Source: Terricaulis sp. (GTDB lineage: Bacteria; Pseudomonadota; Alphaproteobacteria; Caulobacterales; Aquidulcibacteraceae). From it: 64,000 bases of DNA. This document shows, piece by piece, positions 17,934-31,273 of this stretch (position 1 is the first letter of the stretch; each line of letters begins with the position of its first letter). The notes under the pieces are model-generated. The model was given only the letters and a program-made list of their open reading frames with translations. It was not told where the DNA came from and searched no databases. Made by a program: the position numbers and the translations under genes. The stretch covers positions 380 through 64,379 of the forward strand of contig JBEBHQ010000006.1 in the NCBI GenBank assembly GCA_040080805.1, read 5' to 3'.

Positions 17934-19934
17934 CTACACCATCACCTGGTTCCCCAGCTCCACAGCCCTTCCGCTCGGGATGTGGAAGAAGTCCGTGGCG
18001 TTGGTGGCGTTGCGGGCGAGGAAGATGAACAGGTGATCTTGCCAGAGCGGCATGCCGGATTGTTCGCTGGGCACGACGGTGCGCCGGGAGAGGAAGAAGC
18101 TCGTCTTCATGATGTCGAACTTGAGGCCGTGCTTGCGCGCTTCGGTGAGCGCCTTGACTACGTTCGGCGTTTCCATGAAGCCGAAAGTCAGCGTCACGCG
18201 TTTCACGTCGGGCAGGAAATCCTCGACCTTGACCCGCTCGCTTTCACGCGCGCGCGGCGTGTTGAGCGTTTTTACCGTGAGCAAGATGATCTGCTCGTGC
18301 AGAACCTGGTTGTGCTTCAGGTTATGCATCAGCGCCGCTGGCGCGATGTCAGGGTCACTGGTGAGGAAGATCGAAGTGCCGCGCACGCGGTGCGGCGGAT
18401 GGTGCGAGAGCGTCTCGAACAATTTCGCGACCGGTTCGTCGCGGCGCACCGTGTCGGCCAGAATACGCGTGCCGCGCACCCAGGTCCAGAACACGATGAG
18501 CAGCCCCGCCGCCAGCGCCAACGGCACGAACCCGCCCTGCATCACGCGCTGTAAATTGGACGACAAGAACACCACTTCGATCAGCACGAACGGCGCCACG
18601 ATCAGCGCCGAGAGCCACACCGGCTGCTTCCACAATTTCCAGATGACGATGAACATCATGCATGTGCTCATCAGCATCTCGCCGGTAATGGAAATGCCGT
18701 AGGCCGCCGCCAGCCGCGTCGACGAGCCGAACGCGAGCGTCAGCACAAGCACGCCGGCCAGCAGCATCCAATTGATCATCGGCAGATAGATTTGCCCGGC
18801 TTGGGTTTCCGACGTGCGGCGGATTTCCATGCGCGGCAGCAGGCCAAGCTGGATCGCCTGCTGGGTCAGTGAAAACGCGCCGGAGATCACCGCTTGACTG
18901 GCGATCACCGTGGCGGCGGTGGCGAGGATCACCAGCGGCAGACGCATGACGTCAGGCGCCATTTCAAAGAACGGACTGAAATCGAAAGTTACATGCTCGG
19001 CGCCAACCGCGCGCGCGGCGGCGCTGGCGACTGCGTATTCTTCATTGATCGAATCGAGCCGGCTCAGCACGAAAGCGCCTTGGCCCAAATAATTCAGCGT
19101 CAGCGCTGGCAAGATGCCCACCCACGCGACGCGGATCGGCTTGCGGCCAAAATGCCCCATGTCAGCGTAAAGCGCCTCCGCCCCGGTGACCGCTAGGAAC
19201 ACCGATCCCAACACGACGAACGTCATGAAGCGGTGATCGATCATGAAATTGATGGCGTAGGCAGGTGAAAGCGCCTGCAAAATCGTGGGATCGCGCATCA
19301 GCTGCGACACGCCCATGGCGCCCATGGTTACAAACCAAATCGCCGTGATCGGTCCAAAAAAGCGCCCTACCACGCCAGTCCCATGCGATTGCACCGCAAA
19401 CAGGCCCACCAATATGCCGATAGCGATAGGCAAAATCAGCGGATCAATTGTGCCCTCGAACGAGGGCACCGCTTTCAAACCCTCCACCGCCGACAACACA
19501 GAGATTGCTGGCGTGATCAGCGCATCGCCGTAGAACATCGACGCGCCGGCGATACCGATGACGAACAAAAGCGGCGTGCGCTTGCCAAGCGCGCGTTGCG
19601 CCAACGCCATCAACGAAAGCGTGCCGCCCTCGCCCTTGTTATCCATCTGCATGACGAAGATGACGTATTTCAGCGTCACCACGATCATCAGCGCCCAGAA
19701 AATCAACGACACGACGCCGAACACTTCGTGCGGTTCGAGCGCGCCGCCGCCTTGCATGACGTGAGCGATGCTTTCCTTGAACGCGTAAAGCGGGCTGGTG
19801 CCGATGTCGCCGTAGACGACTCCGATCGATCCGATAACCAACGCCCAAAAGCCGCCATGGCGCACACCCGAGGCGGCGCCATTCGCGGTCGTGGACTTGT
19901 CAGGATGCGGCGCCTCAGCTGGGGCCTGCGCCAT
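17934..19934 (-). CDS. kup: Potassium transporter Kup
   Basis: 666 aa. GVVYGDIGTSPLY motif, 12-TM core and a C-terminal cytoplasmic domain typical of Kup/HAK. Confidence 0.93.
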   Translation of the reverse strand: MAQAPAEAPHPDKSTTANGAASGVRHGGFWALVIGSIGVVYGDIGTSPLYAFKESIAHVMQGGGALEPHEVFGVVSLIFWALMIVVTLKYVIFVMQMDNKGEGGTLSLMALAQRALGKRTPLLFVIGIAGASMFYGDALITPAISVLSAVEGLKAVPSFEGTIDPLILPIAIGILVGLFAVQSHGTGVVGRFFGPITAIWFVTMGAMGVSQLMRDPTILQALSPAYAINFMIDHRFMTFVVLGSVFLAVTGAEALYADMGHFGRKPIRVAWVGILPALTLNYLGQGAFVLSRLDSINEEYAVASAAARAVGAEHVTFDFSPFFEMAPDVMRLPLVILATAATVIASQAVISGAFSLTQQAIQLGLLPRMEIRRTSETQAGQIYLPMINWMLLAGVLVLTLAFGSSTRLAAAYGISITGEMLMSTCMMFIVIWKLWKQPVWLSALIVAPFVLIEVVFLSSNLQRVMQGGFVPLALAAGLLIVFWTWVRGTRILADTVRRDEPVAKLFETLSHHPPHRVRGTSIFLTSDPDIAPAALMHNLKHNQVLHEQIILLTVKTLNTPRARESERVKVEDFLPDVKRVTLTFGFMETPNVVKALTEARKHGLKFDIMKTSFFLSRRTVVPSEQSGMPLWQDHLFIFLARNATNATDFFHIPSGRAVELGNQVMV

Positions 19935-20076
19935 GATGTGGTATCCCCCTCGGGCAGGCCTCGTTGGCCGACCGCCCGGGCCGCGCGTTTAGACCTTTTC
20001 GAATGGGCCGGCAAATTGTGTCTTGGGGGGCTTGCTGTTTGGTTAGCGGCACACGCGGGCGCGCTGCCATGACCGC

Positions 20077-20283
20077 TTAGAAATCAACGGCGATGCCCTT
20101 GCGTTCCCAATCGCCAAAGCGCGTTGGCTCGAGACCCTTTGGCCCGCCCTGCTCGGGCGGCGTGGCCTCCGCTTCGACGCGGCGCGCGGCGGCTTCCGCG
20201 AGCGCGCGCCGCGCCTCCAGTGTCAGCGGCTTGGGCGCTTCGCGTTTCGGGGGTTCCTCGGTCATCTCAAGGTTCGTTTCCAC
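20077..20283 (-). CDS. DUF1674 (SDHAF4-like) domain protein
   Basis: 68 aa ending GPKGLEPTRFGDWERKGIAVDF, the DUF1674 C-terminal signature. Confidence 0.8.
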   Translation of the reverse strand: METNLEMTEEPPKREAPKPLTLEARRALAEAAARRVEAEATPPEQGGPKGLEPTRFGDWERKGIAVDF

Positions 20284-20378
20284 ATTTCGCCGCCGCCATC
20301 AACCGCAGACGCGCCTTATGGTTGATGAAACATTAACCAGCGCCGCGCGAGCTTCGCGGGTCAGGCCCCTGACTCGCC

Positions 20379-22142
20379 ATGCGCCCATTTCACACCCTCC
20401 CCGCGGCGCTCTGCGCCACCCTCGGCTTTGGCGCCGCCGCACCCATGGCTTGGGCTGACTCCCCGGTTGTCATTGACGGCGCTGACGAGGACGTCCGCGA
20501 AGCGATCCTCGACTTGTTGCCGGACCGCGATCAGCCGGAAACGCTGTTCGAAGCCGAACGTATCGCCGAAGAGGCCGCGGCTCGCGCCATGGTCTGGCTG
20601 CGCTCGGAGGGCTATTACGCCGCGCAAGTGACGCCGGAGGCCAACGAAACACCAGCGCTAGCGCGCTTGGTGATCGCGCCGGGCGTGCGTTTTCGCTTTG
20701 CGGCGGCGCGGCTCACCTTCGACGGCGGCGCGCCCGATCAGGCGACAGCGGATGCGGCGCGCCAAGCAATCGGAGCTGTACGTGAAGGCGCGCCCGCACG
20801 CGCGGCGGACGTGCTCGGCGCACAGGCTGCGGCGCTCGCGAGCTTGCAAAAGGCCGGCTACGCCGACGCGGAGGCTGGTGAGCGCCGCGTCGTCGTCGAT
20901 CACGCCCTGGCCCGGGTCACGCCGGAGTTTCGCTTCAGCGTGGGCGAGCGCGCGCGCTTGGGCGATGTGCGTGTGGAGCCGGCGGCGGCGTTTCGGCCAA
21001 GCTTCGTGGACAGCCTCCAGAATTGGACCAGGGGCGATGCCTATTCACCGCAAGCGTTGTTGCGCCTGCGCCGCGATTTGAGTTCAACCGGCGCCGTGTC
21101 ACGCGTCACCACCAGGCTTGATCCTCCGGGTGGGGATGGGCTGAGCGACGTCGTGCTTGAGGTCGAGCCAGCGCGTCGCAACGCCTACGAATTCGGCCTG
21201 GGCTATTCAACAACCGAAGGCGCCGGCGTCGAGGCGCAATGGACACGGCGCAATCTGAGCGGCCGGGCCGATCCGCTGACGATCGCCACAACGCTCGGTG
21301 AAACACAACAAAACATCACCGCAACGCTAATGCGCCCGCACGCGGCGGGCCTTGGACATGCCGTCAGTTTCGGCGCCTCGGCCGAGCGTGAAACGTCGGA
21401 AGCTTTTACGCGCCAAGGCGTGGCGCTGCATGCCTCCGTGGACGCGGCGCGCCGCCTGCGCACCAGCCGCTCTTACGGCGTGAATTTATCCGCGGACAAT
21501 TACGACGATCTAGCCGGAGGCGTCTCCAATGCAATCGTCCTCTCCAGCTTTTTCAACTTGCGCACAGATTCCACCGAATTCTCGCTCGACCCGCGCAATG
21601 GCTCGATCGCCGAGTTCCGCATTGAGCCTTCGGTGTCAACCGGCGACGAGACCTTGGGCTTCGTGCGCGCCTCGGCGGAAGGGCGCCTCTATCATTCCTT
21701 CGGCGAAGGTGATCGCCTGACTTTGGCCGCGCGCGCGCGCACAGGTTGGCTTGCGCCTGTCGCCGGCGACGCGGACGATGCGCCGCCGGATCGGCGTTTC
21801 TACGCTGGCGGCGGCGGCTCGGTGCGCGGCTATGGCTACAACACGATCTACCCCGCCGAGCGCGACTTGGCCGGGCTCTCCCCGGGCGGACAAGGCTTGT
21901 TCGAGGGCGCCGTTGAAGCGCGCTGGCGCTTCGGCGAGCGCATTGGCGCGGCTGTCTTCGTCGATGGCGGCAACGCCTTTGACGATTGGAGCGATGCGGC
22001 CGACCTTCGTTGGGGGGTTGGCGTCGGCGCGCGCTACGATCTCGGCTTTGCGCCGCTGCGCATCGACATCGCCTTTCCGCTCGACGACAGCGAGACCACC
22101 GATTCCTATGCGCTCTATATCAGCCTCGGACAGGCGTTCTGA
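20379..22142 (+). CDS. tamA: Autotransporter assembly complex protein TamA (Omp85 family)
   Basis: 587 aa with a signal peptide, POTRA-like N-terminal region and a C-terminal Omp85 barrel ending ..ISLGQAF. Followed by tamB with a 1-nt overlap. Confidence 0.85.
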   Translation: MRPFHTLPAALCATLGFGAAAPMAWADSPVVIDGADEDVREAILDLLPDRDQPETLFEAERIAEEAAARAMVWLRSEGYYAAQVTPEANETPALARLVIAPGVRFRFAAARLTFDGGAPDQATADAARQAIGAVREGAPARAADVLGAQAAALASLQKAGYADAEAGERRVVVDHALARVTPEFRFSVGERARLGDVRVEPAAAFRPSFVDSLQNWTRGDAYSPQALLRLRRDLSSTGAVSRVTTRLDPPGGDGLSDVVLEVEPARRNAYEFGLGYSTTEGAGVEAQWTRRNLSGRADPLTIATTLGETQQNITATLMRPHAAGLGHAVSFGASAERETSEAFTRQGVALHASVDAARRLRTSRSYGVNLSADNYDDLAGGVSNAIVLSSFFNLRTDSTEFSLDPRNGSIAEFRIEPSVSTGDETLGFVRASAEGRLYHSFGEGDRLTLAARARTGWLAPVAGDADDAPPDRRFYAGGGGSVRGYGYNTIYPAERDLAGLSPGGQGLFEGAVEARWRFGERIGAAVFVDGGNAFDDWSDAADLRWGVGVGARYDLGFAPLRIDIAFPLDDSETTDSYALYISLGQAF

Positions 22143-25100
22143 TGGCGGAAGCGCCGAAACGCCGTGGCCGCTGGCTCGTTCCCGCGATCGGCGCGGCGCT
22201 CGCCGCGGGCGGCGCCGCGTGGACATTGGGACCGGGCGCCGCCTGGATCGTTGACAATCTCGCCGATGGACAACGTGTGTGGCGCCTCGGGCGCATCGAG
22301 ATTGACGGCGTCTCCGGCGCCTGGGCGGGAGCACTGCGCGCCGAGCGCGTGTCGATCGCCGACGACGAAGGTGTTTGGCTTGACGCCCAGGATCTGAGCC
22401 TCAACTGGCGCCCGCAAGACGTCGTGTTCGGCGCGCTCCGCATCGATCGCGCGCGCGCGCGGCGCATTACACTTTTACGCCAACCCGTGCTGTTGGACCC
22501 CAAATCCCCAGGAGGCGTCAGCGTTGACGTCCAAATCGAGGCCCTGCAGATCGAACAACTGAGCCTTGCCGAGCCCGTGCTCGGCGACGCAGCGGATTTC
22601 TCGGCGGTGCTGTCGCTCGCCGTGCGCGACAAGGCGCTTGCGGCGATCGATCTCGACCTGCGCCGCACCGATTCCGACGCCGACCGCGCCCTGGTGCAAT
22701 ATCGGACCGGCGCCGACTTCGCGCTCAGCGTCGATATCGAGGGCGCCCCACAAGGCGTGTTCGCGCGCGCGCTCGGTGTCGCCGACCAAAGCGTGCGCGC
22801 GACCGCGGACGGTGATGGCGATCCCTACATCGGCGAGGCGAGCTACCAGGCATCGATCGGGAACGCGCAATTGCTCGGCGGCGCCGCGCGTTGGAGCGCC
22901 GCCCAATGGGCCTTCGACGCGCAAGCGCGGCTCGACGTGTTGCCCATACTGGCGACGCTCGCGCGGCGCATCGGACCCAGCCTCAGCCTCAACGCCCACG
23001 GGGCTTCCGCCGGCGCTTTCAGCACTCACGCCGAGACGCCGTTTATCGCGCTCGATCTCAGCGGCGCGCTGGACGAAAATCACGCCCTCGACGGACCAGC
23101 GCAATTTGCGGCGACAACGCACCGCCTCTCCGATATTGCGCGCGAATCTCCCTTTCCGCTTGGGGCGGCACGATTGGAGGGCGAGTTGCGCCGAGCGCGC
23201 GGCACGACTGCCATCCAAGCCACGCTCGACGCCAATGATGTCAATGCGTTCGGTCGCTCCGTCAGCTTCCATGGGCCAGTGAACGTAGCGCTGACGCCAG
23301 ACCGATTCACGCTCGACGGCGATGTCCGCGCGTCTGAGATCGCCCCCGCCCTGTTCGCGCACGCGCGCTTGCGTACTGAGCTTGCATACGACCGCACCCG
23401 CCGTCGCTTTTCGCTCGGCAGCGCCGACCTAAGCGGCGACGCGCTGAGTTTGAACGCGCAAGGCTGGGTCAATCGCGGCGAAGGCGAGTTCAGTGGAGAA
23501 TGGCGCGTGCGCCGCCTCGATGCGTTGCTGGGCCCTGTCACGGGTCAAGCCGCCGGACGCTGGCGCGCCTTTTCCGAGCCCAACGGCGGCGCGCGCATCT
23601 GGACCACGACGATTGCGGGCGCGGGCGAACGCATCGGCGGCGCGCCGGAGATTGTTCCGCAATTGCTCGGCGCCAGTCCACGCCTCGACGCCCGCCTGAC
23701 GTATGAGAACCACGGGCTCACGATCTCGCACGCGCGCATCGACGGCGCCCAGCTGCGCGCCGGCGCCAGCGGGCGCATCGTGCGCGGAATCGCCGAGCTT
23801 GCGCTCGAAGCCAGCGCACGCGGCCCGCTCTCGCTTGGCGGCGCGCGGATCGAAGGCGCCGCCGACGCCACCGGGCGACTAACCGGCCGCTTCGTGCGCC
23901 CGACGCTCAGCGCCCACGCGATCTTTACCAGCTTCAGCGCCGGCGGCGTTATCGTGACCCAGCCGATTATCGATCTCTCTCTGGCGCCAACTGCCCGCTC
24001 CTATGGGGGCCGAGCGGATGTGACCGGCGTTGCGTTCGGCCAGCCGCTCAACGCAGCCGCTGATCTGGCGCTTGCCGACAACGCGCTCGCGCTCACCAAT
24101 CTCGATAGCCGCGTCGGCGCGATGCAGGCGCGCGGCGCCGCGACCTTGGCGCCCGCTGGCGCGAGCGCGCAGCTGACCGTAAGCGGACAGCTCGACGGGC
24201 TGTTCCCTGGCGTGAGCGGGCGCGTGAGCGGCGAGCTTGCGCTTTCGCCGGAGGCGCTGGCGCTCGACGCGCAGCTAGCGGACGTACGCGTGGGCGAACT
24301 GCGCATCCGCGGCGCGACACTTGCCGCCAGCGGACCACTTGACGCGATCGCGGCGCGCTTCGATCTGCGCGGGCGCTTGCGGCAAGCGCCGCTAGCCTTC
24401 GCGGGCACGGCGACCTTGGCGAACGCCGCTGGCGACGCCGATCTTGCGATCGAAGGCCGCGGTACGCTGGCGGGCGCCGCTGTATTCACCCGCGCCCCCA
24501 TGCGCATGAAATGGGAACAAAGCAGCCTCGACACCTCCATCAACGTCGCGCTTGGTGATGGAATCGTCCAAGCACACTGGCGCGAACGCGGGCGCGCGCT
24601 CTCGGGCTCGGCGCAAATCGATGACGCCCCGCTCGCGCCGCTGGCGGCGATCTGGGGCGAGCGCGCGGAAGGCCGCATTGATGGGCGCGCGCAATTGGCC
24701 AACTTAAGCGGCGGGCTATCAGGCGGCGCCGACCTGACATTGACGGGCGCGCGCTTTGCGGGCCGTCAAAGCGGCAGGCTTAACATGCACATTGTCGGCC
24801 GCCTCGATCCAGATCGCCTTGCGGCCACCATCGACGCAAGTTCGACCGAAGGGCTGGTCGCCCGCTTCGAGGCGAATGCGCCCGTTGTCACCAGCACCGC
24901 GCCAATTCGGGTCGCACTGACGCCCGAACGGCGCGGCAACGCGACCTGGTCAGTGCGCGGACCGGCGGAAAGCTTGTGGGCGGCGGCGCGCCTGCCCGAC
25001 CAGTCACTCGAGGGCCAACTCAGCGGCGAGGGCGAACTGCAATTCGGCGCCGGACACCTCTCCGGCGACGGGAGCGTTGAACTCACCGAGGCGCGCTTCG

Positions 25101-26203
25101 AGGACAAACTGACCGGAATCACGTTGACCAATCTCGACGCCCGCATCGCGCTCGACGAGCGCGGGGTTACGCTGGAGCGGTTCACGGCGGGGGGACCACA
25201 CGGCGGCACATTGACCGCGACAGGCGGCAGCGCCAATCCGCGCGAAGGCCGCATCGCCGTCACTGTTCAGGACATGCGCGTCGCCGATCGCCCGGACGCG
25301 CGCGCGCGCGCCAGCGGCGAGCTTACGCTCGCTTGGGAAGGCCTGCATTCAACGCTCACGGGCGCGCTCACAATCGAAGAGGCCGGTATCGATGTCGCCG
25401 CAAGCCCCAATGCCGGAATCGCCACGCTCGACGTCGTCGAGATCAATCGGCCGGACCAGGAAGACGACATCGCAAGCGATGCGCCTCCACGTCGCAACGG
25501 CTCGACCGACATCGACGTGCGCATCACCGCGCCTGGGCGCGTGTTTACGCGTGGGCGCGGCATTGATGCGGAATGGTCGCTCGACCTGCGCCTCGACGGC
25601 ACCGCGCGCGTCCCGCGCCTCTACGGCGACGCGCGCGCCATCCGCGGCACGCTGGCGCTGTCGGGTCAGCCGTTTGAGATCGAAGACGCGCGCATCTTCT
25701 TCAACGGCGACCCCCTCGACGCCCAGATCGACATGACCGCCGTACGCGATACCGCCGACCTCACCGCGCGCGCGCGGCTGACCGGCACGGCGCGCGATCC
25801 GGAACTCGCCTTTTCCAGCAATCCAGCGCTCCCGGAAGACGAAATCCTGCCGCAAATATTGTTTGGCCGCTCGGTCGAGGACCTTTCCGCCTTCGAAGCG
25901 GCGCAACTCGCAGCAAGCCTCGCCGCGCTCTCAGGCCGCGCCTCGCTCGATCTGGTGGACGCCGCGCGCGCAGCGGCGGGGCTCGACCGCTTCAATGTCC
26001 GCCAAGACCAGGACGGCGGTTTTTTGGTCGCCGGCGGAATCTATCTGACGCGCGATGTCTACGTCGAACTGGCGCGCACCGGCCTGGGGCAAGCACAAAC
26101 ACGGGTGGAATGGGCCGTCCGCCCGCGCCTGCTGCTCGTCACCAGCTTCCTCGGCAACGGCGACCAGCGGGTTTCGCTGCGTTGGCGGCGCGAAAGCGAT
26201 TGA
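22142..26203 (+). CDS. tamB: Translocation and assembly module protein TamB
   Basis: About 1353 aa from ATG 22142 (TGATG overlap with tamA). N-terminal TM anchor, long beta-rich repetitive body, and a DUF490-like C-terminus (GGIYLTRDVYVEL...SLRWRRE). Confidence 0.85.
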   Translation: MAEAPKRRGRWLVPAIGAALAAGGAAWTLGPGAAWIVDNLADGQRVWRLGRIEIDGVSGAWAGALRAERVSIADDEGVWLDAQDLSLNWRPQDVVFGALRIDRARARRITLLRQPVLLDPKSPGGVSVDVQIEALQIEQLSLAEPVLGDAADFSAVLSLAVRDKALAAIDLDLRRTDSDADRALVQYRTGADFALSVDIEGAPQGVFARALGVADQSVRATADGDGDPYIGEASYQASIGNAQLLGGAARWSAAQWAFDAQARLDVLPILATLARRIGPSLSLNAHGASAGAFSTHAETPFIALDLSGALDENHALDGPAQFAATTHRLSDIARESPFPLGAARLEGELRRARGTTAIQATLDANDVNAFGRSVSFHGPVNVALTPDRFTLDGDVRASEIAPALFAHARLRTELAYDRTRRRFSLGSADLSGDALSLNAQGWVNRGEGEFSGEWRVRRLDALLGPVTGQAAGRWRAFSEPNGGARIWTTTIAGAGERIGGAPEIVPQLLGASPRLDARLTYENHGLTISHARIDGAQLRAGASGRIVRGIAELALEASARGPLSLGGARIEGAADATGRLTGRFVRPTLSAHAIFTSFSAGGVIVTQPIIDLSLAPTARSYGGRADVTGVAFGQPLNAAADLALADNALALTNLDSRVGAMQARGAATLAPAGASAQLTVSGQLDGLFPGVSGRVSGELALSPEALALDAQLADVRVGELRIRGATLAASGPLDAIAARFDLRGRLRQAPLAFAGTATLANAAGDADLAIEGRGTLAGAAVFTRAPMRMKWEQSSLDTSINVALGDGIVQAHWRERGRALSGSAQIDDAPLAPLAAIWGERAEGRIDGRAQLANLSGGLSGGADLTLTGARFAGRQSGRLNMHIVGRLDPDRLAATIDASSTEGLVARFEANAPVVTSTAPIRVALTPERRGNATWSVRGPAESLWAAARLPDQSLEGQLSGEGELQFGAGHLSGDGSVELTEARFEDKLTGITLTNLDARIALDERGVTLERFTAGGPHGGTLTATGGSANPREGRIAVTVQDMRVADRPDARARASGELTLAWEGLHSTLTGALTIEEAGIDVAASPNAGIATLDVVEINRPDQEDDIASDAPPRRNGSTDIDVRITAPGRVFTRGRGIDAEWSLDLRLDGTARVPRLYGDARAIRGTLALSGQPFEIEDARIFFNGDPLDAQIDMTAVRDTADLTARARLTGTARDPELAFSSNPALPEDEILPQILFGRSVEDLSAFEAAQLAASLAALSGRASLDLVDAARAAAGLDRFNVRQDQDGGFLVAGGIYLTRDVYVELARTGLGQAQTRVEWAVRPRLLLVTSFLGNGDQRVSLRWRRESD

Positions 26204-28389
<2,186 letters not shown>

Positions 28390-28480
28390 GGCGCCCTCCC
28401 TCAGGCGAGGTTTGTGGCGCGCCAGACCGTCTTGGCGATATGTTGGCGACGTGACAAATGCCTTGCCGCTCGAAACAGAC

Positions 28481-29719
28481 ATGCGCGACATAGGCCAGCG
28501 CGCGCGCGCGGCTGCACGGCTGGTGCGCGACGCGCCTAGCCGAACGCGGACGTTGGCTCTGGGTGCAATGGCCCGTGCACTGCGCAAGGCGGCGCCCGCC
28601 ATTCTCGCCGCCAATTCCGAAGATGTGGCGTCGGCGCGCGCGGACGGGCGCGCGGAGAGTTTCATCGACCGCCTCGCCCTGGACCAGGTCCGGCTTGCAG
28701 CCATCGCCGACAGCCTCGAAACCATCGCCGCCCTGCCCGACCCGGTCGGTCAGGTGATGGCGGAATGGACGCGCCCGAACGGTTTGCGCATTGCCCGCGT
28801 GCGTACGCCGATTGGCGTCATCGGCATGATTTTCGAGAGCCGCCCGAACGTCGCCGCCGACGCCAGCGCGTTGGCGCTGCGAGCCGGCAACGCCATTATC
28901 CTGCGCAGTGGCGCCGACAGCGCCCGCAGCGTGAGCGCAATCGTCGCGGCGTTGCGGAACGCATTGACCGAGGCGCAATTGCCGCCTGATGCCTGCCAAG
29001 TGGTTCCGAGCACCGACCGCGCCGCCGTGGGTATGATGCTCGCCGGTCTCGGCGGCGCCATCGATGTCATCGTGCCGCGCGGCGGTAAATCCCTGGTGCA
29101 GCGAGTTCAGAACGAGGCCCGCGTGCCAGTGTTCGCGCACTTGGAGGGCATCTGCCACGTCTATGTTCACGCTGACGCTGACGCCGCGAAGGCTGTCGCC
29201 CTTACGCTGAACGCCAAGATGCGCCGGGTTTCGGTGTGCGGCGCGGCGGAAACCTTGCTTATCGACCGTGCGGCGGCGGCTATCCTACTGCCAGCCATTG
29301 CCGCGGCGCTGACGCAAGGCGGCTGCGCCCTGCGCGGCGATTCCGAAGCCCGCGCGATCGTCGCCATGGAATCCGCCAACGAAGAAGATTGGCGCACCGA
29401 ATATCTGGCCCCGATGCTCGCGGTGCGCGTCATTGGCGGCATCGACGAAGCCATGGCGCACATTGCCGCCTACGGCTCACAGCACACTGAATGCATCATC
29501 ACCGAGAACCAGAACGCCGCCGAGCAATTCTTACGCGAGGTTGATAGCGCCATAGTGCTGCACAACGCATCCACGCAATTCGCCGACGGCGGCGAGTTCG
29601 GCTTTGGCGGCGAGATTGGCATCGCCACCGGGCGCTTGCATGCACGCGGACCGGTCGGCGCCGAGCAGCTGACCACATTCAAATATGTCGTGCGCGGCGA
29701 GGGCCAGACGCGGCCATGA
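28481..29719 (+). CDS. proA: Glutamate-5-semialdehyde dehydrogenase
   Basis: Full-length ProA-like protein with the catalytic region [11 protein letters not shown]. The ATG at 28481 is chosen; the longer track ORF start overlaps proB. Confidence 0.94.
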   Translation: MRDIGQRARAAARLVRDAPSRTRTLALGAMARALRKAAPAILAANSEDVASARADGRAESFIDRLALDQVRLAAIADSLETIAALPDPVGQVMAEWTRPNGLRIARVRTPIGVIGMIFESRPNVAADASALALRAGNAIILRSGADSARSVSAIVAALRNALTEAQLPPDACQVVPSTDRAAVGMMLAGLGGAIDVIVPRGGKSLVQRVQNEARVPVFAHLEGICHVYVHADADAAKAVALTLNAKMRRVSVCGAAETLLIDRAAAAILLPAIAAALTQGGCALRGDSEARAIVAMESANEEDWRTEYLAPMLAVRVIGGIDEAMAHIAAYGSQHTECIITENQNAAEQFLREVDSAIVLHNASTQFADGGEFGFGGEIGIATGRLHARGPVGAEQLTTFKYVVRGEGQTRP

Positions 29720-30267
29720 GGCGCGCGCTTCCCCTCGCTTATCCCGGCATGAAGGTCGGCCTGTTCGGCGGCAGCTTCGATCCCGCGCACGAAGGCCACG
29801 CGCATGTCGCGGAAACCGCGCTCAAACGCCTGCAACTCGACCGGGTGTGGTGGCTCATCTCGCCGCAAAACCCGCTGAAGCCGAAATCGAGCCCGTTTGC
29901 CGAGCGCATGACGTCAGCGCGCGCGCAAGCGCGGAGCCGCGCGATGGTGGTCACCGATTTCGAACACCGCTTCGGCTGCGCCTACACCTTCGAAACACTG
30001 CGCGCCTTAAAGCGGCTCTACCCTGGCGTGCGGTTTTACTTGATCATGGGCGCGGACAACCTTGCCCATTTTCGCAAATGGCGAAATTGGCGCGAGGTGG
30101 CTGAAGCGATCCCGGTTGTGGTTGTGTCGCGTCCGGGGGTTGGGGCCCGTCAGCGGCTAAGTGCTCCCGGTGGCTGGATTTTCTTGAGCGCCCGCCATCA
30201 CCGCCAATCCTCCTCGGCCCTGAGGGGGCCAAAGCGGCGCGCTGTGGCAAGACCCTCGCTGAAGTGA
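29716..30267 (+). CDS. nadD: Nicotinate-nucleotide adenylyltransferase
   Basis: [14 protein letters not shown] motif. ATGA overlap with proA. Confidence 0.9.
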   Translation: MRRALPLAYPGMKVGLFGGSFDPAHEGHAHVAETALKRLQLDRVWWLISPQNPLKPKSSPFAERMTSARAQARSRAMVVTDFEHRFGCAYTFETLRALKRLYPGVRFYLIMGADNLAHFRKWRNWREVAEAIPVVVVSRPGVGARQRLSAPGGWIFLSARHHRQSSSALRGPKRRAVARPSLK

Positions 30268-30317
30268 TAGCGTCCCACACCTGGGGCAAAACAAGGAACC
30301 ACGACCTGTCACCTGAA

Positions 30318-30728
30318 ATGAAACGCGCGCCGACCGCCACCCGAGCCGGCAAAAAACCAACCAAGGACCGGCCCCGCCCTGGCATCGACGTCGATGCGGC
30401 CACGCAGGTCGTTATGGCCTCGTTGGAGGACGATAAGGCCGAGGAGATCGTCACCATCGATATTCGCGGCAAATCCTCCTTCGCGGACATGTTGGTAGTG
30501 GCCTCTGGCCGCTCCACCCGGCACGTTGCCGCGCTCGCGGATCACGTATTGCGCAAGCTGAAGGAATCCGGCGTTAAGGACGTTCGCGTCGAGGGTTTGC
30601 CCAGCGCTGACTGGGTGCTTGTCGATGCCGGCGATGTGGTGATCCACCTGTTCCGGCCCGAAGTGCGGGCCTTTTACAACATCGAGAAAATCTGGGCTGG
30701 CGGCCCTGTTCCAGCGCCCACGAACTAA
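30318..30728 (+). CDS. rsfS: Ribosome silencing factor RsfS
   Basis: LEDDKAEEIVTIDIRGKSSFADMLVVASGRSTRHV...WVLVDAGDVVIHLFRPEVRAFYNIEKIW. Confidence 0.9.
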   Translation: MKRAPTATRAGKKPTKDRPRPGIDVDAATQVVMASLEDDKAEEIVTIDIRGKSSFADMLVVASGRSTRHVAALADHVLRKLKESGVKDVRVEGLPSADWVLVDAGDVVIHLFRPEVRAFYNIEKIWAGGPVPAPTN

Positions 30729-30729
30729 A

Positions 30730-31200
30730 GTGCGCGTGTTGATTGCTGCGGTCGGACGGCTGCGCGACGGGCCGGAGGCTACGCTCACCGCTGACTACAT
30801 GGCCCGCGCCGCCAACGCTGGGCGGCAAATCGGATTCAAATCCGTCGATTTGGTTGAAGTCGAAGGCAAACCTCCTGGCGATCCACGCGCCGAGGCGTCC
30901 GCGCTGTACCGTGCGACGCCCGATGACGCCCGCAAAATCCTGCTTGATGAGCGCGGCACGGAATGGACGTCGCGGCAGCTCGCCGAAAAACTCGCACGCT
31001 GGCGCGATGACGGCGTGGCGTGCGCCACATTTTGGATCGGCGGCGCCGATGGCGTTTCACAGAGCGTTAAGGATCAAGCTGATGAAAAGCTCGCCCTTGG
31101 CCGCCAAACTTGGCCCCATCGGCTCGTCAGAGCCATGATTTCCGAGCAAATTTACCGGGCTGTGACGATATTGTGCGCTACTCCCTACCACCGGGACTGA
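30730..31200 (+). CDS. rlmH: 23S rRNA (pseudouridine1915-N3)-methyltransferase RlmH
   Basis: 156 aa, GTG start, SPOUT family with FWIGGADG and the C-terminal EQIYRA..I....PYHR. Confidence 0.9.
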   Translation: MRVLIAAVGRLRDGPEATLTADYMARAANAGRQIGFKSVDLVEVEGKPPGDPRAEASALYRATPDDARKILLDERGTEWTSRQLAEKLARWRDDGVACATFWIGGADGVSQSVKDQADEKLALGRQTWPHRLVRAMISEQIYRAVTILCATPYHRD

Positions 31201-31273
31201 AGATTCCGGGCTCGCGTTTCCAGGCAAAGTGGAATCCGGTTTGCCATCCGGGAAACGCGGCGAACGAAAAACG